Shown in pieces: positions 32,644-43,461 of a stretch of 64,000 bases of DNA (positions are counted from its first letter, which is position 1; the number at the start of each line of letters is the position of its first letter). Under the pieces are notes generated by a model, which was given only the letters and a program-made list of their open reading frames with translations, had not been told where the DNA came from and did no database searches. The position numbers and the translations under genes are program-made. Location: sequence record PV295200.1. The stretch is one strand, 5' to 3'. The stretch is from Escherichia phage vB_Eco_BCPEco_001.

Positions 32644-34731
32644 ATGGAACTCATTACAGAATTATTTGACGAAGATACTACTCTTCCGATTACAAACTTA
32701 AATCCAAAGAAGAAAATACCACAAATTTTTTCAGTTCATGTTGATGATGCAATTGAACAACCAGGCTTTCGTTTATGTACCTATACATCTGGAGGTGATA
32801 CTAATCGCGATTTAAAGATGGGCGATAAAATGATGCATATTGTTCCTTTTACATTAACTGCTAAAGGTTCAATTGCTAAATTGAAAGGTCTTGGTCCAAG
32901 CCCAATTAATTATATCAATTCAGTTTTTACTGTTGCAATGCAAACAATGCGTCAATATAAAATTGATGCCTGTATGCTCCGTATTCTTAAGTCTAAAACC
33001 GCTGGTCAAGCTCGACAAATTCAAGTTATTGCTGATAGACTTATCCGTAGTCGTTCAGGTGGCAGATACGTCCTTCTTAAGGAACTCTGGGATTATGATA
33101 AAAAGTATGCATATATTCTTATACATCGCAAAAATGTATCACTAGAAGACATTCCAGGAGTTCCGGAAATTAGTACTGAGCTCTTTACTAAAGTTGAATC
33201 GAAGGTCGGTGATGTTTATATCAATAAAGATACTGGAGCTCAAGTAACTAAAAATGAGGCAATTGCAGCATCTATTGCACAAGAAAATGATAAACGTTCT
33301 GACCAAGCTGTAATTGTTAAAGTTAAAATTTCACGTAGAGCAATTGCGCAAAGTCAATCGTTAGAGTCTTCTAGATTTGAAAGTGAATTATTCCAGAAGT
33401 ATGAATCTACCGCAGCTAATTTCAATAAACCTGCTACCGCTCCTTTAATTCCCGAAGCAGAAGAAATGAAGCTTGGAATTAATTCATTAGCTTCTAAAAC
33501 TAAGGCAGCAAAAATTATTGCCGAAGGAACTGCGAATGAACTTCACTATGACTATAAATTCTTTTCAAAAAGTGAGGTTGATGAAGTTTCTGAAAAAATT
33601 AAAGATGTAATTCTTAACGCAATCAAAAATGAACCAACTACTTCAATAAAATGTTTAGAGAAATACGCAGCAGCTGTTAATAAATTCTTTGAAGAATATA
33701 AAGATAATTGGCTTGATAAACATAATAAAACTCGTAAAGGGCAACCAGATGAAGTCTGGGGAGAAATAACTAAAAATGCCTGGAATGCAGCAAAAACTAA
33801 ATTCCTCAAACGAATGATTTATAGTTTTTCTGGAATTGGTGCTGGTCCAATGATTGATATTACTATTGCCCGTGATGGTTCTAAATATACTCCATCACAA
33901 AAGCGCGGCATTAGAGAATATTGTGGCTCAGGATATACAGACATTAATAATCTTCTTTTAGGTCGTTACAATCCAGAACGATATGATGTAATGAGTGAAA
34001 AAGAAATTGAATCTGCTATAAATAATTTAGATTCAGCTTTTGAAAATGGTGACCGTATACCGGAAGGCATTACAGTTTATCGTGCTCAAAGTATGACTGC
34101 TCCTATATACGAAGCACTAGTTAAAAATAAAGTGTTCTATTTCAGAAATTTTGTATCTACTTCTTTAACTCCTATCATTTTTGGACGTTTTGGAATTACA
34201 CATGCTGGTATTGGTCTTTTAGAACCAGAAGCTCGCAATGAATTAACAGTTGATAAAAATGAAGAAGGAATAACTATTAATCCAAACGAAATAAGAGCGT
34301 ATAAAGAAAATCCTGAATACGTTAAAGTTCAAATAGGATGGGCAATTGATGGAGCTCATAAAGTTAATGTTGTATATCCAGGAAGTCTCGGAATAGCAAC
34401 AGAAGCTGAAGTTATTCTACCGCGCGGATTAATGGTTAAAGTTAATAAAATAACTGATGCTTCTAATAATGACGGAACAACATCTAATAATACAAAACTC
34501 ATTCAAGCTGAAGTTATGACCACAGAAGAACTCACCGAATCGGTAATCTATGACGGAGACCATTTAATGGAAACTGGTGAATTGGTTACAATGACAGGTG
34601 ATATAGAAGATAGAGTTGACTTTGCATCATTTGTTTCATCAAATGTTAAACAGAAAGTAGAATCATCTCTTGGAATTATTGCGTCTTGCATAGATATTAC
34701 AAACATGCCTTACAAGTTCGTTCAAGGATAA
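32644..34731 (+). CDS. alt: Alt-family mono-ADP-ribosyltransferase (head-packaged, copy 1)
   Basis: MELITELFDEDTTLPITNL...; C-terminal ART triad: VYRAQ (Arg), FVSTSL (Ser-Thr-Ser), ATEAEVILPRG (Glu-x-Glu); late promoter TATAAATA upstream; ORF track start 32641. Confidence 0.85.
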   Translation: MELITELFDEDTTLPITNLNPKKKIPQIFSVHVDDAIEQPGFRLCTYTSGGDTNRDLKMGDKMMHIVPFTLTAKGSIAKLKGLGPSPINYINSVFTVAMQTMRQYKIDACMLRILKSKTAGQARQIQVIADRLIRSRSGGRYVLLKELWDYDKKYAYILIHRKNVSLEDIPGVPEISTELFTKVESKVGDVYINKDTGAQVTKNEAIAASIAQENDKRSDQAVIVKVKISRRAIAQSQSLESSRFESELFQKYESTAANFNKPATAPLIPEAEEMKLGINSLASKTKAAKIIAEGTANELHYDYKFFSKSEVDEVSEKIKDVILNAIKNEPTTSIKCLEKYAAAVNKFFEEYKDNWLDKHNKTRKGQPDEVWGEITKNAWNAAKTKFLKRMIYSFSGIGAGPMIDITIARDGSKYTPSQKRGIREYCGSGYTDINNLLLGRYNPERYDVMSEKEIESAINNLDSAFENGDRIPEGITVYRAQSMTAPIYEALVKNKVFYFRNFVSTSLTPIIFGRFGITHAGIGLLEPEARNELTVDKNEEGITINPNEIRAYKENPEYVKVQIGWAIDGAHKVNVVYPGSLGIATEAEVILPRGLMVKVNKITDASNNDGTTSNNTKLIQAEVMTTEELTESVIYDGDHLMETGELVTMTGDIEDRVDFASFVSSNVKQKVESSLGIIASCIDITNMPYKFVQG

Positions 34732-34734
34732 ATC

Positions 34735-36792
34735 ATGGAACTTATTACAGAATTATTTGACGGCGCTTCGGCGCCGGTTGTTAACTTAAATCCTAAGCAT
34801 AAAATACCACAAATTTTTGCTATCCAAACCGGCGAAGAAAGCGTGCTTCCTGGATTTAGATTTTGTACATACACCTCTGGTGGTGATACGAATAAAAACG
34901 TTAAGCCAGGCGATAAAATGATGCATATCGTAATGATAGGTGTCAACGAGAAATTATCGCTGGTTAAGCTTAGAAACTTGGGTGGAAATCCAATTGGCGT
35001 CATTAATGCTGTTTTTGATACTGCTCTTCAAACAATGAAGCAGTATAAAATCGACGCATGCTTATTCCGCGTACTAAAAAGTAAAACAAATGGCGCAGCT
35101 CGTCAAATGCAAGTTATTGCTGACCGTTTAGTACGTACTAAAGGAGCAGGTCGATATGTTCTTTTAAAGGAAATCTGGGACTATGATAAAAAGTATGCAT
35201 ATATTATGGTTTACCGTAAAAATGCCAATTTAGAAGACATTCCAGGTGTACCTCCTATTTCAACTGAGTTATTCACAAAAGTTGAATCAAAGGTCGGTGA
35301 TGTTTATGTAGATGTTAAAACAGGTGATGCTGTTCCTAAAGCTGTCGCTGTTGCTGCTTCTATTGCTTTAGAAAATGATAAGCGCACGGATCAAGCTGTT
35401 ATTCAGAAAACTAAAATTAGTCGTCGATTAGCAGCACAAGCTCAATATTCTACTGTTGATGCTTCACTTCAGGGTGATAGCTTCGCTGCTAAGAAATATC
35501 AAGAGTTTGAATCTAAAGTTCCGGTATATAAAGCAGAAGGACCAATGAACTCTGGCGTTATTCAGATTGGTTCAAACTTCAACAAAGGAGCTATCGGTGG
35601 TATGAGAAGTGCTTCTCGTTTTAAATCTAGCGATTATGAACTAGAAAACTTCCGAAATCATATTGCATTAGCCCATGCACGTTTACGTGATCCATCTATC
35701 AAGTTGCAGAGCGATATAACATATCAAGGTTCTCAAGAATATTTAAAGAATAAAGAATTCTTTGATTATAAAACTGATAAAATTTTAAGCGATCTTGCTG
35801 ACATTAATATTTCTAATAGCTTTGATGTTATTAAGAAAATTATCAATGATTTGGTTAAAGGTTCTAATGCTACGCCAGATGAAAAGACAGCTATTATTCA
35901 ATTTGTCATGAATGGCATTTATAAATTGATTAATGAATCTGCTGCTCAGGCATATGAATATGCAAGTACTGAAGTAACTCCAAAAGGACTGACTCAGGCT
36001 GAGTCTGATGTAATTGAAGATTATTGTGCAGATTCATATGTTGAAATGAACTCGTTCCTTTTGGGTAAACCAGATTCTACCCGTGAAGAATATATGGAAC
36101 GAGCTATTAAGCACATCGAGACGTTGGATTCTGCCTTTGCCAAAGGATCAGTTCTTCCTCCAGGAACTACACTTTACCGTGGACAAGAAGTTACCTTTAA
36201 AACTTTGCGTCATAACATTGAAAACAAAATGTTCTATTTCAAGAACTTCGTATCCACATCGCTTAAACCAAATATCTTCGGTGAGCATGGTAAAAACTAT
36301 ATGGCTCTAGATGATTCCGGCGCAGTATTTTCTGGTGAAGGAGAAGGTTCCGTTGATGCAGAAGATTTGATGCATATGGGTAGTCATTCTACATATGCTA
36401 ATGAAGATGCTGAAACTAGCGTGGGTATGGTAATTAAAGGAGCTGAGCGAATCAAAGTTATCGTTCCAGGTCATTTATCAGGATTTCCATCAGAAGCTGA
36501 AGTTATTCTACCGCGTGGAATTTTACTGAAGATTAATAAAGTAAGTACGTACTTTATGAAAGAAACTGCTTATAACAAGTATCTAATCGAAGGTACAATC
36601 GTTCCTCCTTCTGAACAATTAGAAGAATCAGTATATGATGGCGACCATCTAATGGAAACTGGTGAAGTTCGTCCAATGGTTGGATTTAATCAATTCCTTG
36701 TAGAAGAATCAAAAGAAGAGGAAAACGAAGTTTCTCAAATCTTGGCTTCTTTGGTTAACATCAACGGAATGTCTAAAAAGTTCAAAATGTAG
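34735..36792 (+). CDS. Alt-family mono-ADP-ribosyltransferase paralog (copy 2)
   Basis: 685 aa MELITELFDGASAPVVNL...; homologous to copy 1 throughout; ART motifs LYRGQ, FVSTSL, PSEAEVILPRG retained; divergent central region. Confidence 0.8.
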   Translation: MELITELFDGASAPVVNLNPKHKIPQIFAIQTGEESVLPGFRFCTYTSGGDTNKNVKPGDKMMHIVMIGVNEKLSLVKLRNLGGNPIGVINAVFDTALQTMKQYKIDACLFRVLKSKTNGAARQMQVIADRLVRTKGAGRYVLLKEIWDYDKKYAYIMVYRKNANLEDIPGVPPISTELFTKVESKVGDVYVDVKTGDAVPKAVAVAASIALENDKRTDQAVIQKTKISRRLAAQAQYSTVDASLQGDSFAAKKYQEFESKVPVYKAEGPMNSGVIQIGSNFNKGAIGGMRSASRFKSSDYELENFRNHIALAHARLRDPSIKLQSDITYQGSQEYLKNKEFFDYKTDKILSDLADINISNSFDVIKKIINDLVKGSNATPDEKTAIIQFVMNGIYKLINESAAQAYEYASTEVTPKGLTQAESDVIEDYCADSYVEMNSFLLGKPDSTREEYMERAIKHIETLDSAFAKGSVLPPGTTLYRGQEVTFKTLRHNIENKMFYFKNFVSTSLKPNIFGEHGKNYMALDDSGAVFSGEGEGSVDAEDLMHMGSHSTYANEDAETSVGMVIKGAERIKVIVPGHLSGFPSEAEVILPRGILLKINKVSTYFMKETAYNKYLIEGTIVPPSEQLEESVYDGDHLMETGEVRPMVGFNQFLVEESKEEENEVSQILASLVNINGMSKKFKM

Positions 36793-36847
36793 TTTACAAG
36801 TTCCTTATGTTGTGTTATAGTAGTCTTACTGACATAACATGAGGAAC
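36793..36847 (+). repeat. promoter-early stem-loop (PeSL-like) cassette, copy 2
   Basis: Same 55-bp element as 22211-22265 with 2 substitutions; right arm again supplies GAGGA for the downstream ORF. Confidence 0.6.
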
Positions 36848-36852
36848 ACAAA

Positions 36853-37143
36853 ATGAAATCTTCTTTGCGCTTTTTAGGTCAAGAACTTGTAGTTGAAGGC
36901 GTTATTCCTGCTGATAACGTTTTTAATGAAGCAGTTTACGATGAATTTATCAAAATTTTTGGAACAGATAAAAAGTTCGGAATTTTTCCTTCTGAAAATT
37001 TTTCAAAGCCAGAACAGACTGAAAGTATTTTTCAGGGTGTAGTAACAGGTAAATTTGAGTCAGAAGCTCCGGTAAAAATTGAAGTTTATATTGAAGACAG
37101 TTTAGTTGCTTCAGTTGCTGCTTTCATTTCATTCCGTAAATAA
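36853..37143 (+). CDS. hypothetical protein
   Basis: 96-aa ORF downstream of second PeSL-like cassette; GAGGA 8 nt upstream of ATG; followed by bidirectional terminator. Confidence 0.5.
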   Translation: MKSSLRFLGQELVVEGVIPADNVFNEAVYDEFIKIFGTDKKFGIFPSENFSKPEQTESIFQGVVTGKFESEAPVKIEVYIEDSLVASVAAFISFRK

Positions 37144-37149
37144 AAATAT

Positions 37150-37167
37150 GGGGACCGAAAGGTCCCC
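37150..37167. terminator. bidirectional hairpin terminator between convergent ORF 36853-37143 and gene 54
   Basis: GGGGACC-GAAA-GGTCCCC with T-rich tracts on both strands. Confidence 0.65.
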
Positions 37168-37171
37168 ATTG

Positions 37172-38137
37172 TTATATTGCTCCTAATATTTTACTCTGCG
37201 AATTGACAATTCCTGTCATAGTATTAATGTTTGAAATGCTTCCTGCAGTTCCCCCTAATCTACTGAGTCGTGAAAGCGAATTAGATAGTCCAGTAACACC
37301 TCCACTATTTCCGAGAACGCTTTGAATACCATTTATAGCAGCAGATTCAAGCCATTCAAGCGCAGCTTGTCTATCAACTGCTCCAGCCTGCATGACTCTA
37401 TACGCAAAAGTAACATCAAATGTAGTTATTTGGTTATCTCCATCATATGATAATTCAGGAGCGCTCACTGACACTGGAATGCATCCGATGAACATTACCG
37501 CAGTATGAGGTAATCCATTGCGAGAATGAAGATTAACCTGAATATCTGCCTCGACATCTTGCGGCAAAGCACGCAATCCAGTTACTGGGTCTTGAACAGA
37601 GTTAACCCAGTCTTGCATTGCACGATAGTTACAAGCTTCTGAATCCATTCTAAATGAAATAACCAAAGGGTCTAATTCTCTTCCGGTTATACGAATATTA
37701 GGAGAATTATAGTTCCAGTCAGTTTCATAGGATAATCTATTCTCTGGCATTTTTACAGAATATATCATCAATCCAGATGAGTTATATGCCATGTTAAAGA
37801 AGTCAATTAAATATGTACCAACTGTAAATGAGCCCAATAAACTTTGAACTGTACGTTGACTCATGGCACCAATAAGATATTTACTAACCCCTGATTTTCT
37901 TATCAGTTTTTGTGTGCCAGCTGTAATTAGCGTGGTAATTCCCTGATTAATATCACCTTGAGTTAATCCTAGCCAATCTGAATTTAGGCCCAAGTTATTA
38001 TAAGAAAAGTTGCTAATTGAACTTATCAACGAAGAGCTTTTAGTTGATGGAGTTGTTGCAAAAACGCAGCTAAACATATTATTACGTTGGAAATCTGCGT
38101 TTATTGCTTGATTATTAAATTCCTCTAAAGAATACAT
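37172..38137 (-). CDS. 54: baseplate tail tube initiator gp54
   Basis: 321-aa ORF; length and synteny (next to 48, 29) as in T4. Confidence 0.88.
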   Translation of the reverse strand: MYSLEEFNNQAINADFQRNNMFSCVFATTPSTKSSSLISSISNFSYNNLGLNSDWLGLTQGDINQGITTLITAGTQKLIRKSGVSKYLIGAMSQRTVQSLLGSFTVGTYLIDFFNMAYNSSGLMIYSVKMPENRLSYETDWNYNSPNIRITGRELDPLVISFRMDSEACNYRAMQDWVNSVQDPVTGLRALPQDVEADIQVNLHSRNGLPHTAVMFIGCIPVSVSAPELSYDGDNQITTFDVTFAYRVMQAGAVDRQAALEWLESAAINGIQSVLGNSGGVTGLSNSLSRLSRLGGTAGSISNINTMTGIVNSQSKILGAI

Positions 38138-39231
38138 TAAAAAGTCCCCGCATATAAAGAAGCACGGTTTAACGTGATAATTTCTCTCATAGTAATCTCG
38201 AGAGTAAATGTACTAGGGAGGTTTGGAGCAATAGCTAATCCGTTAAAGTTACCATTAGGTGTTTTATCAAATCTGATGCTTTGTATTTGGCATGGGCCAA
38301 ATATTTCCGTTTTTCCATCAAACTTAGATGTTGCACCAAAGTTTTTCACCATCCAAATTGTCGGGTTTGAAACTACTAGAACGTTAGTTAAACTCGATGT
38401 CATTTTCTCAAATAGTGTTTTATTTTTAGCTGCGTCTTCTGGAGATAAAGGTTCAATTAACGTAGAACGATACCAATCATCTAAATACCCCTTTATTTCA
38501 GCAGCATATTGAGATTTACCCGTTTCACCATAAGAAAAATAGTTAAAATATTGATAGATATTAATAATAGCCATTAAATCTTCTGTTGAACGTGGAGTCA
38601 AATCCCATGTAAACACTTTAGTTCTATTTTCAGCACCACCATACATACTTCTGGCTGTCGTATAAATCTGTTCATTATTATCAGCCATTATACCTTGTGT
38701 TATACTTTCCAGTGCCCCAAATACTGCGGTTGAAGCAATATTACTTAGCACACCAGTAGCAGTACCTCCGCCTCTGCTGATAAGACTTTCTTGAACATCA
38801 TTAAATCTATGTGATGATGTATCAACATCAGATTTAGATCTCGGTAAAAGAATGTTTGCGACAGGAGCTTTACTTATTGTTCCTGAATTATTGTTTGATA
38901 TTAATCCATTTGATAGTTTTGATACTGTACTACTAATAGTGTTTCTTGCTGTACTTAAAATACTCGAAGATGAAGAAGAGTAGTTAGATCTCATCGATCT
39001 AAGACTTCCAGAATCCCTAGATGACATATTGTATGCAGTAAATAATAATCCATTCTTATACAGATCTGTTACCTGGAAGTCCCCTGTAGTGTCATTACCA
39101 CTAGCACGCCCAGTTGGAAACTGGGCTGTGTATGTTTTAGTTCCTACTTCTGATTTAGTACTCTGTCCGGCTGAAATTTTCTCACCGGACTTTTTAATTA
39201 AATCAGCAGTTATTTCTTTAACAATTGCCAT
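38137..39231 (-). CDS. 48: baseplate tail tube cap gp48
   Basis: 364-aa ORF, same length as T4 gp48. Confidence 0.88.
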   Translation of the reverse strand: MAIVKEITADLIKKSGEKISAGQSTKSEVGTKTYTAQFPTGRASGNDTTGDFQVTDLYKNGLLFTAYNMSSRDSGSLRSMRSNYSSSSSSILSTARNTISSTVSKLSNGLISNNNSGTISKAPVANILLPRSKSDVDTSSHRFNDVQESLISRGGGTATGVLSNIASTAVFGALESITQGIMADNNEQIYTTARSMYGGAENRTKVFTWDLTPRSTEDLMAIINIYQYFNYFSYGETGKSQYAAEIKGYLDDWYRSTLIEPLSPEDAAKNKTLFEKMTSSLTNVLVVSNPTIWMVKNFGATSKFDGKTEIFGPCQIQSIRFDKTPNGNFNGLAIAPNLPSTFTLEITMREIITLNRASLYAGTF

Positions 39232-39239
39232 ATTATTCC

Positions 39240-41012
39240 TTAATTAACTCCAGTCGCATCAAATACACCAGGAGCAGTCGTGCTCGTTACGGGTGTCATA
39301 TTATGAACGACAGTATTTTTCTTAATAACATTATTAGTATTATTGATCGAAGGAGATGCTTGTTGAACAGGAGCTTGCTGTGCTTTATTCTTTTCTATTA
39401 CCTGGACTTGTTTTGCTTCTGGTGATTTAGCAGAAGTTTCAGGTTTGGCATTAGGCTGATTTTTCTTGAGCTCTTGATAAGTAGCATCAATTTTAGAAAA
39501 TCTAGCAGCAAGTTCTTTTTTAACTGCTGGTGAATTATTTAAATCCGGGTCATCCATCCGTTTTTTAAGGTCTTCATAGGCAGATTCAACTGATTTAACT
39601 GTTGAGTCTTTACTCATATCAGCTGAATCGGCATATTTTTCAAAACGAATCATCGCGGCACGTGCTTCATTAGCCTTCATTAAAGCATTTTTTCTTTCTT
39701 CAGGTGAAAGCTGCTTTAATTTTTCTTCTTCTGCTGCACGTTCTTCGTCGGTAGTTAGTGCTTCTTTATTATCAACGCCACGAATCCAGTTAGATGCACG
39801 AGTTTTCCAATTAGCAATTTTATCTAATCCTTTTGCTATCGGACCAAGGTCTCCATTCATTCGTTTATCTTGATAATTTGCAACTTTTTCCTGGTCTTCT
39901 TTATTGAGAGATGCTCCAGTAGAATTTTGGAAATTTTCCAGCGCTCTTCCTTCTACTTCATCAGCGGTATCCTTCATACCAGGAATGACTCGAAGAATTG
40001 CAGCAGATAATTTAGCCATACCTAATTGAATAAGCTCTCCTAAATTAAAAAGAACACTTCCGAGTCCTTCTACGATAGCTGCTGTCAATCCACCCCAATC
40101 TCCCGCTTCCCAAAGTTGTTTAATTTTATCAATAGAATCAAAGATGCTCTGTAATAAAGGACCCCAAGTTCCGGTTTCGCTAGAGAATTTAGTAAAGTCA
40201 GTATTAAATAAATCCCAGGCTTTTGAAAATTTATCTGACCAATATTTAAAGTGAACCATCAGCAGATCTATTCCAACAACAACAGCCAATATCATTGCAG
40301 TCATTTTAGCGGCTTCAATAGCAGCACTGATGGTGTACTTAAATAACATGCTTGATATTTTATCACTAATTGAAATGGATTTCTTAAATCCAAAATCAAC
40401 AGTCTTTGTTAATTTATCTAAAGCTTGAGATAATTTTAAGTTAAATGCTTCTTTTTTCTGTTTTTCTTCTGGTGATTCTTGTTTGGGTTCAACTGGCTGA
40501 GGGGTAGGGAAAAAATCAGCGTCAGGATCATTATTAACTGCTTCAGGAGCTGGTAATAAAGGACCCACAGATTCAGCAGTATCATCCTCAACGACTTTAA
40601 CAGGAATAGCGCTTTCAACAGTGGCTAAACTAGTTCCAGTCTGTTGAATTCCAGCTGTCTGGATTTTTTGCTCTAATAAACTTGTTAATTTATCTAATTT
40701 GCTTCCGAGCGATTCACCGATTTCTTTATTAATATTATTGCCAATTTCGACAGTTTCAGCAATTAACTCAGAACCAGCAGTAGTATCACTCACTGCACTT
40801 TCTACATTGTCAATTGCTCCAATTATTTCATTCGATTTTTCTTCGACAGTTTGAGCTATTAATTCAGAAGCAGCTTGAGCATCATCCAATTTCGTAGATA
40901 TATCATTAAGTCCAGATAAAGTGTTAGAAGCGGATTTAGCCGCTTCCTGTGTTGGTTTATTATCTGAAATAACTTTTCTACGCATCGTTTGCATTTCTTG
41001 TGGCTTTTTCAT
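39240..41012 (-). CDS. 29: baseplate hub subunit / tail length tape measure gp29
   Basis: 590-aa ORF, same length as T4 gp29. Confidence 0.9.
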   Translation of the reverse strand: MKKPQEMQTMRRKVISDNKPTQEAAKSASNTLSGLNDISTKLDDAQAASELIAQTVEEKSNEIIGAIDNVESAVSDTTAGSELIAETVEIGNNINKEIGESLGSKLDKLTSLLEQKIQTAGIQQTGTSLATVESAIPVKVVEDDTAESVGPLLPAPEAVNNDPDADFFPTPQPVEPKQESPEEKQKKEAFNLKLSQALDKLTKTVDFGFKKSISISDKISSMLFKYTISAAIEAAKMTAMILAVVVGIDLLMVHFKYWSDKFSKAWDLFNTDFTKFSSETGTWGPLLQSIFDSIDKIKQLWEAGDWGGLTAAIVEGLGSVLFNLGELIQLGMAKLSAAILRVIPGMKDTADEVEGRALENFQNSTGASLNKEDQEKVANYQDKRMNGDLGPIAKGLDKIANWKTRASNWIRGVDNKEALTTDEERAAEEEKLKQLSPEERKNALMKANEARAAMIRFEKYADSADMSKDSTVKSVESAYEDLKKRMDDPDLNNSPAVKKELAARFSKIDATYQELKKNQPNAKPETSAKSPEAKQVQVIEKNKAQQAPVQQASPSINNTNNVIKKNTVVHNMTPVTSTTAPGVFDATGVN

Positions 41013-41542
41013 TCAAATAATCCAATAATATTGCCAATTCCAGTTATTGGACCATTAGGGCCAGGAATTGCTAAAGTTGTAAAAATATCATTTGCCCATT
41101 TTAAAACGAATGCTGGCATCTCAAGAAAATTAATTTCTTTAACTTCATCGTTGACCTTAAGCAAGCATTTAGATAACATATCGCTCACCGTTAAAAATTG
41201 TTCAAATTTTCCAGGAGGTCTAAAATAAAATGTATTTCCTTGGTATTGAAATTCTAATCTTTGGCATACATAAACATCATTAATGTCATAAGTATAGCCA
41301 TCTATTTCTTTACGAGATTTAATCTTTCCATTAAATTCCAATAAATGAATAGAAACGAAATCAACTTCTGCCGGTGACAAATTCGGACAAATAGAATCAA
41401 TAAGAAGTTTTAAATTTTCATCAGGGCCTTTAACATCTTTTAAAATGTTATAATGTTTAAGACCCATTTTAGGAATAGAAACTTCTTTATTGCTTATTGG
41501 AAGAACTACTTTCTTCAGTGGTAGTATCAGATTTAAATTCAT
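41009..41542 (-). CDS. 28: baseplate hub distal subunit gp28
   Basis: 177-aa ORF, same length as T4 gp28; overlaps gene 27 end. Confidence 0.85.
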   Translation of the reverse strand: MNLNLILPLKKVVLPISNKEVSIPKMGLKHYNILKDVKGPDENLKLLIDSICPNLSPAEVDFVSIHLLEFNGKIKSRKEIDGYTYDINDVYVCQRLEFQYQGNTFYFRPPGKFEQFLTVSDMLSKCLLKVNDEVKEINFLEMPAFVLKWANDIFTTLAIPGPNGPITGIGNIIGLFE

Positions 41543-42662
41543 TTTTAACCTTAACTGGGTCTATTGTTTCCAGTTTCGTTGCATTAGTGAACATATATAG
41601 ATGAGTTACTGAATTATTATTGGATAATTCATGGATAACTTCATCAACGTAAAATTCTGTTTTAAATTGGTTTTTACTATCATTAAAAATAATTTTAACA
41701 CCAGGAGTCAAGTTAAAATTACCGACAGTAGAACATTTAGCATAGCCGTCATATTGTGCCATAGTTTGAAGACGAATAGCTTCTTCATATCCATTCCTAT
41801 AAGTCATTTCAGAATAAGCACCTGACCTTGACACTACAATAGAGTTTTCACCCTTTCCTGTAGTAATCATTGGCAATGAAGAATCTAAAAATGAATGCGC
41901 ATAGATAGTAGCGTTTTTCATTGGGTCACGTTTGTGAGGATTCGATTTAGTCAACCAAACAAAATCATATGCTAATGGATATTTTAATTCTTGGACAAAT
42001 TGACCTATTAAAGATGGCTCACCGACAATCATTGGATATGGTTCTTGATTTATCATCATATCATAGTCCATCATGTTAACTCCCATGATGTCTTGCCATA
42101 CAAATACAAATTTGTCGCTTCCTACAGCTAGAGCAACTTCTCTTACATAGGACAAATAGTTTTCAAATGTGCTAGTCCATGGAATATCAGGAACATAAGC
42201 ATTTATAGCATTTATCGCTGGAGTTAATAATGTACGGTCTTGATAAATGACGCCAAGCATTTCTTTTATAGATTCACCTGCATCAGGGAAAAATGGTCTA
42301 CCAAATTTAAGATTTTCTATAGAATGAATAGTTCCCAATTCAATAGCAATGATGTTATCGCCTTTTGAATCTACTGACACGGAAAAATGCTTGCATCCAT
42401 AAATTCGTGTTTTAACATTATTAATATCGTTTGCATTAGCTACAGAAATTTGAATTATTTCATTTCCATCCATTTTTGTGTGGATATTTTTAGAATCATA
42501 AAACTGCAGCATTCCTTCATTTCGACCATAAAGAGAGTCACGCATAGTTAATGTGGTAATAGTAGCAGCTAATTCAACAAATCTATTATTACTCCAAGCG
42601 TCATAACTCTCAAATAATTTAACGCTGAGATTTGGATATCCAGGACGTTGTAACATACTCAT
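41487..42662 (-). CDS. 27: baseplate hub subunit gp27
   Basis: 391-aa ORF, same length as T4 gp27. Confidence 0.9.
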   Translation of the reverse strand: MSMLQRPGYPNLSVKLFESYDAWSNNRFVELAATITTLTMRDSLYGRNEGMLQFYDSKNIHTKMDGNEIIQISVANANDINNVKTRIYGCKHFSVSVDSKGDNIIAIELGTIHSIENLKFGRPFFPDAGESIKEMLGVIYQDRTLLTPAINAINAYVPDIPWTSTFENYLSYVREVALAVGSDKFVFVWQDIMGVNMMDYDMMINQEPYPMIVGEPSLIGQFVQELKYPLAYDFVWLTKSNPHKRDPMKNATIYAHSFLDSSLPMITTGKGENSIVVSRSGAYSEMTYRNGYEEAIRLQTMAQYDGYAKCSTVGNFNLTPGVKIIFNDSKNQFKTEFYVDEVIHELSNNNSVTHLYMFTNATKLETIDPVKVKNEFKSDTTTEESSSSNKQ

Positions 42663-43411
42663 TGATGTTTATCCTTCTCAATCAGTTTTAATACGAATCC
42701 GCGCTCGGCAGGAATCATTTTCATTATTGAATTTAAGCTATAATTACTTTTTACAAGCGTGTGATTAATTTGATAAAAAGTAAATATCTCATCTGGATTA
42801 ACTAATAGCTTAAACACATCTACTATATCAGTGTATTTTTTAATGTACTTATCACAACACGACATGTGCAATGTTAAATTAATAGGATTCATTGCATCGA
42901 GAATTTTTTCTAATGTTTCTATCTCGATGGCGTCAACTAGTTCTATTTGACTGGACTCGCTAATTTCCTTCCAATCATACCATATTTCATCTACTTGAAC
43001 AGAATGAATATTTTCAGTAATCATCTTTGCTTTATTTTCATAAAACTCAGAAGGAAACTTTAATTTAATTTTAACATTAGCTACATCAAAAACAGGTTCC
43101 TTTAGTTCTTTTTGATATATTTCAAATGGAACTGTCTTTTCTTTTTTACATTTTGGACATACAAATGTGACCGGTACTTTAGTTTTACCTATTGAACCTA
43201 CAAATACCTGCAAAAATATAAATGGTTGCCAAGTCTTCGGATAGTCTCCAAAATAATCATCAATTAAATCAGTAATTATTTCTTTTTGTTCTTGTGGTGA
43301 CCGATGTTCTATATCGTTTCGAACTAACAAAAAATCTCGATAATCTTCTACCGTAAATGGTTTAAAACGATGAACACCATCTGGTAATTTACAACGAATA
43401 ATGTTTGCCAT
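42659..43411 (-). CDS. 51: baseplate hub assembly catalyst gp51
   Basis: 250-aa ORF with Cys pairs (CPKCKK...); late promoter upstream. Confidence 0.85.
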   Translation of the reverse strand: MANIIRCKLPDGVHRFKPFTVEDYRDFLLVRNDIEHRSPQEQKEIITDLIDDYFGDYPKTWQPFIFLQVFVGSIGKTKVPVTFVCPKCKKEKTVPFEIYQKELKEPVFDVANVKIKLKFPSEFYENKAKMITENIHSVQVDEIWYDWKEISESSQIELVDAIEIETLEKILDAMNPINLTLHMSCCDKYIKKYTDIVDVFKLLVNPDEIFTFYQINHTLVKSNYSLNSIMKMIPAERGFVLKLIEKDKHQ

Positions 43412-43428
43412 AGATGCTCCTTTTATTC

Positions 43429-43440
43429 TATTTATAAATA
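43429..43440. promoter_or_regulatory. overlapping divergent late promoters for gene 51 (minus) and gene 26 (plus)
   Basis: TATTTATAAATA contains TATAAATA on both strands, between divergent genes 51 and 26. Confidence 0.6.
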
Positions 43441-43461
43441 TGATAAATAAAGGAGCTAAAT

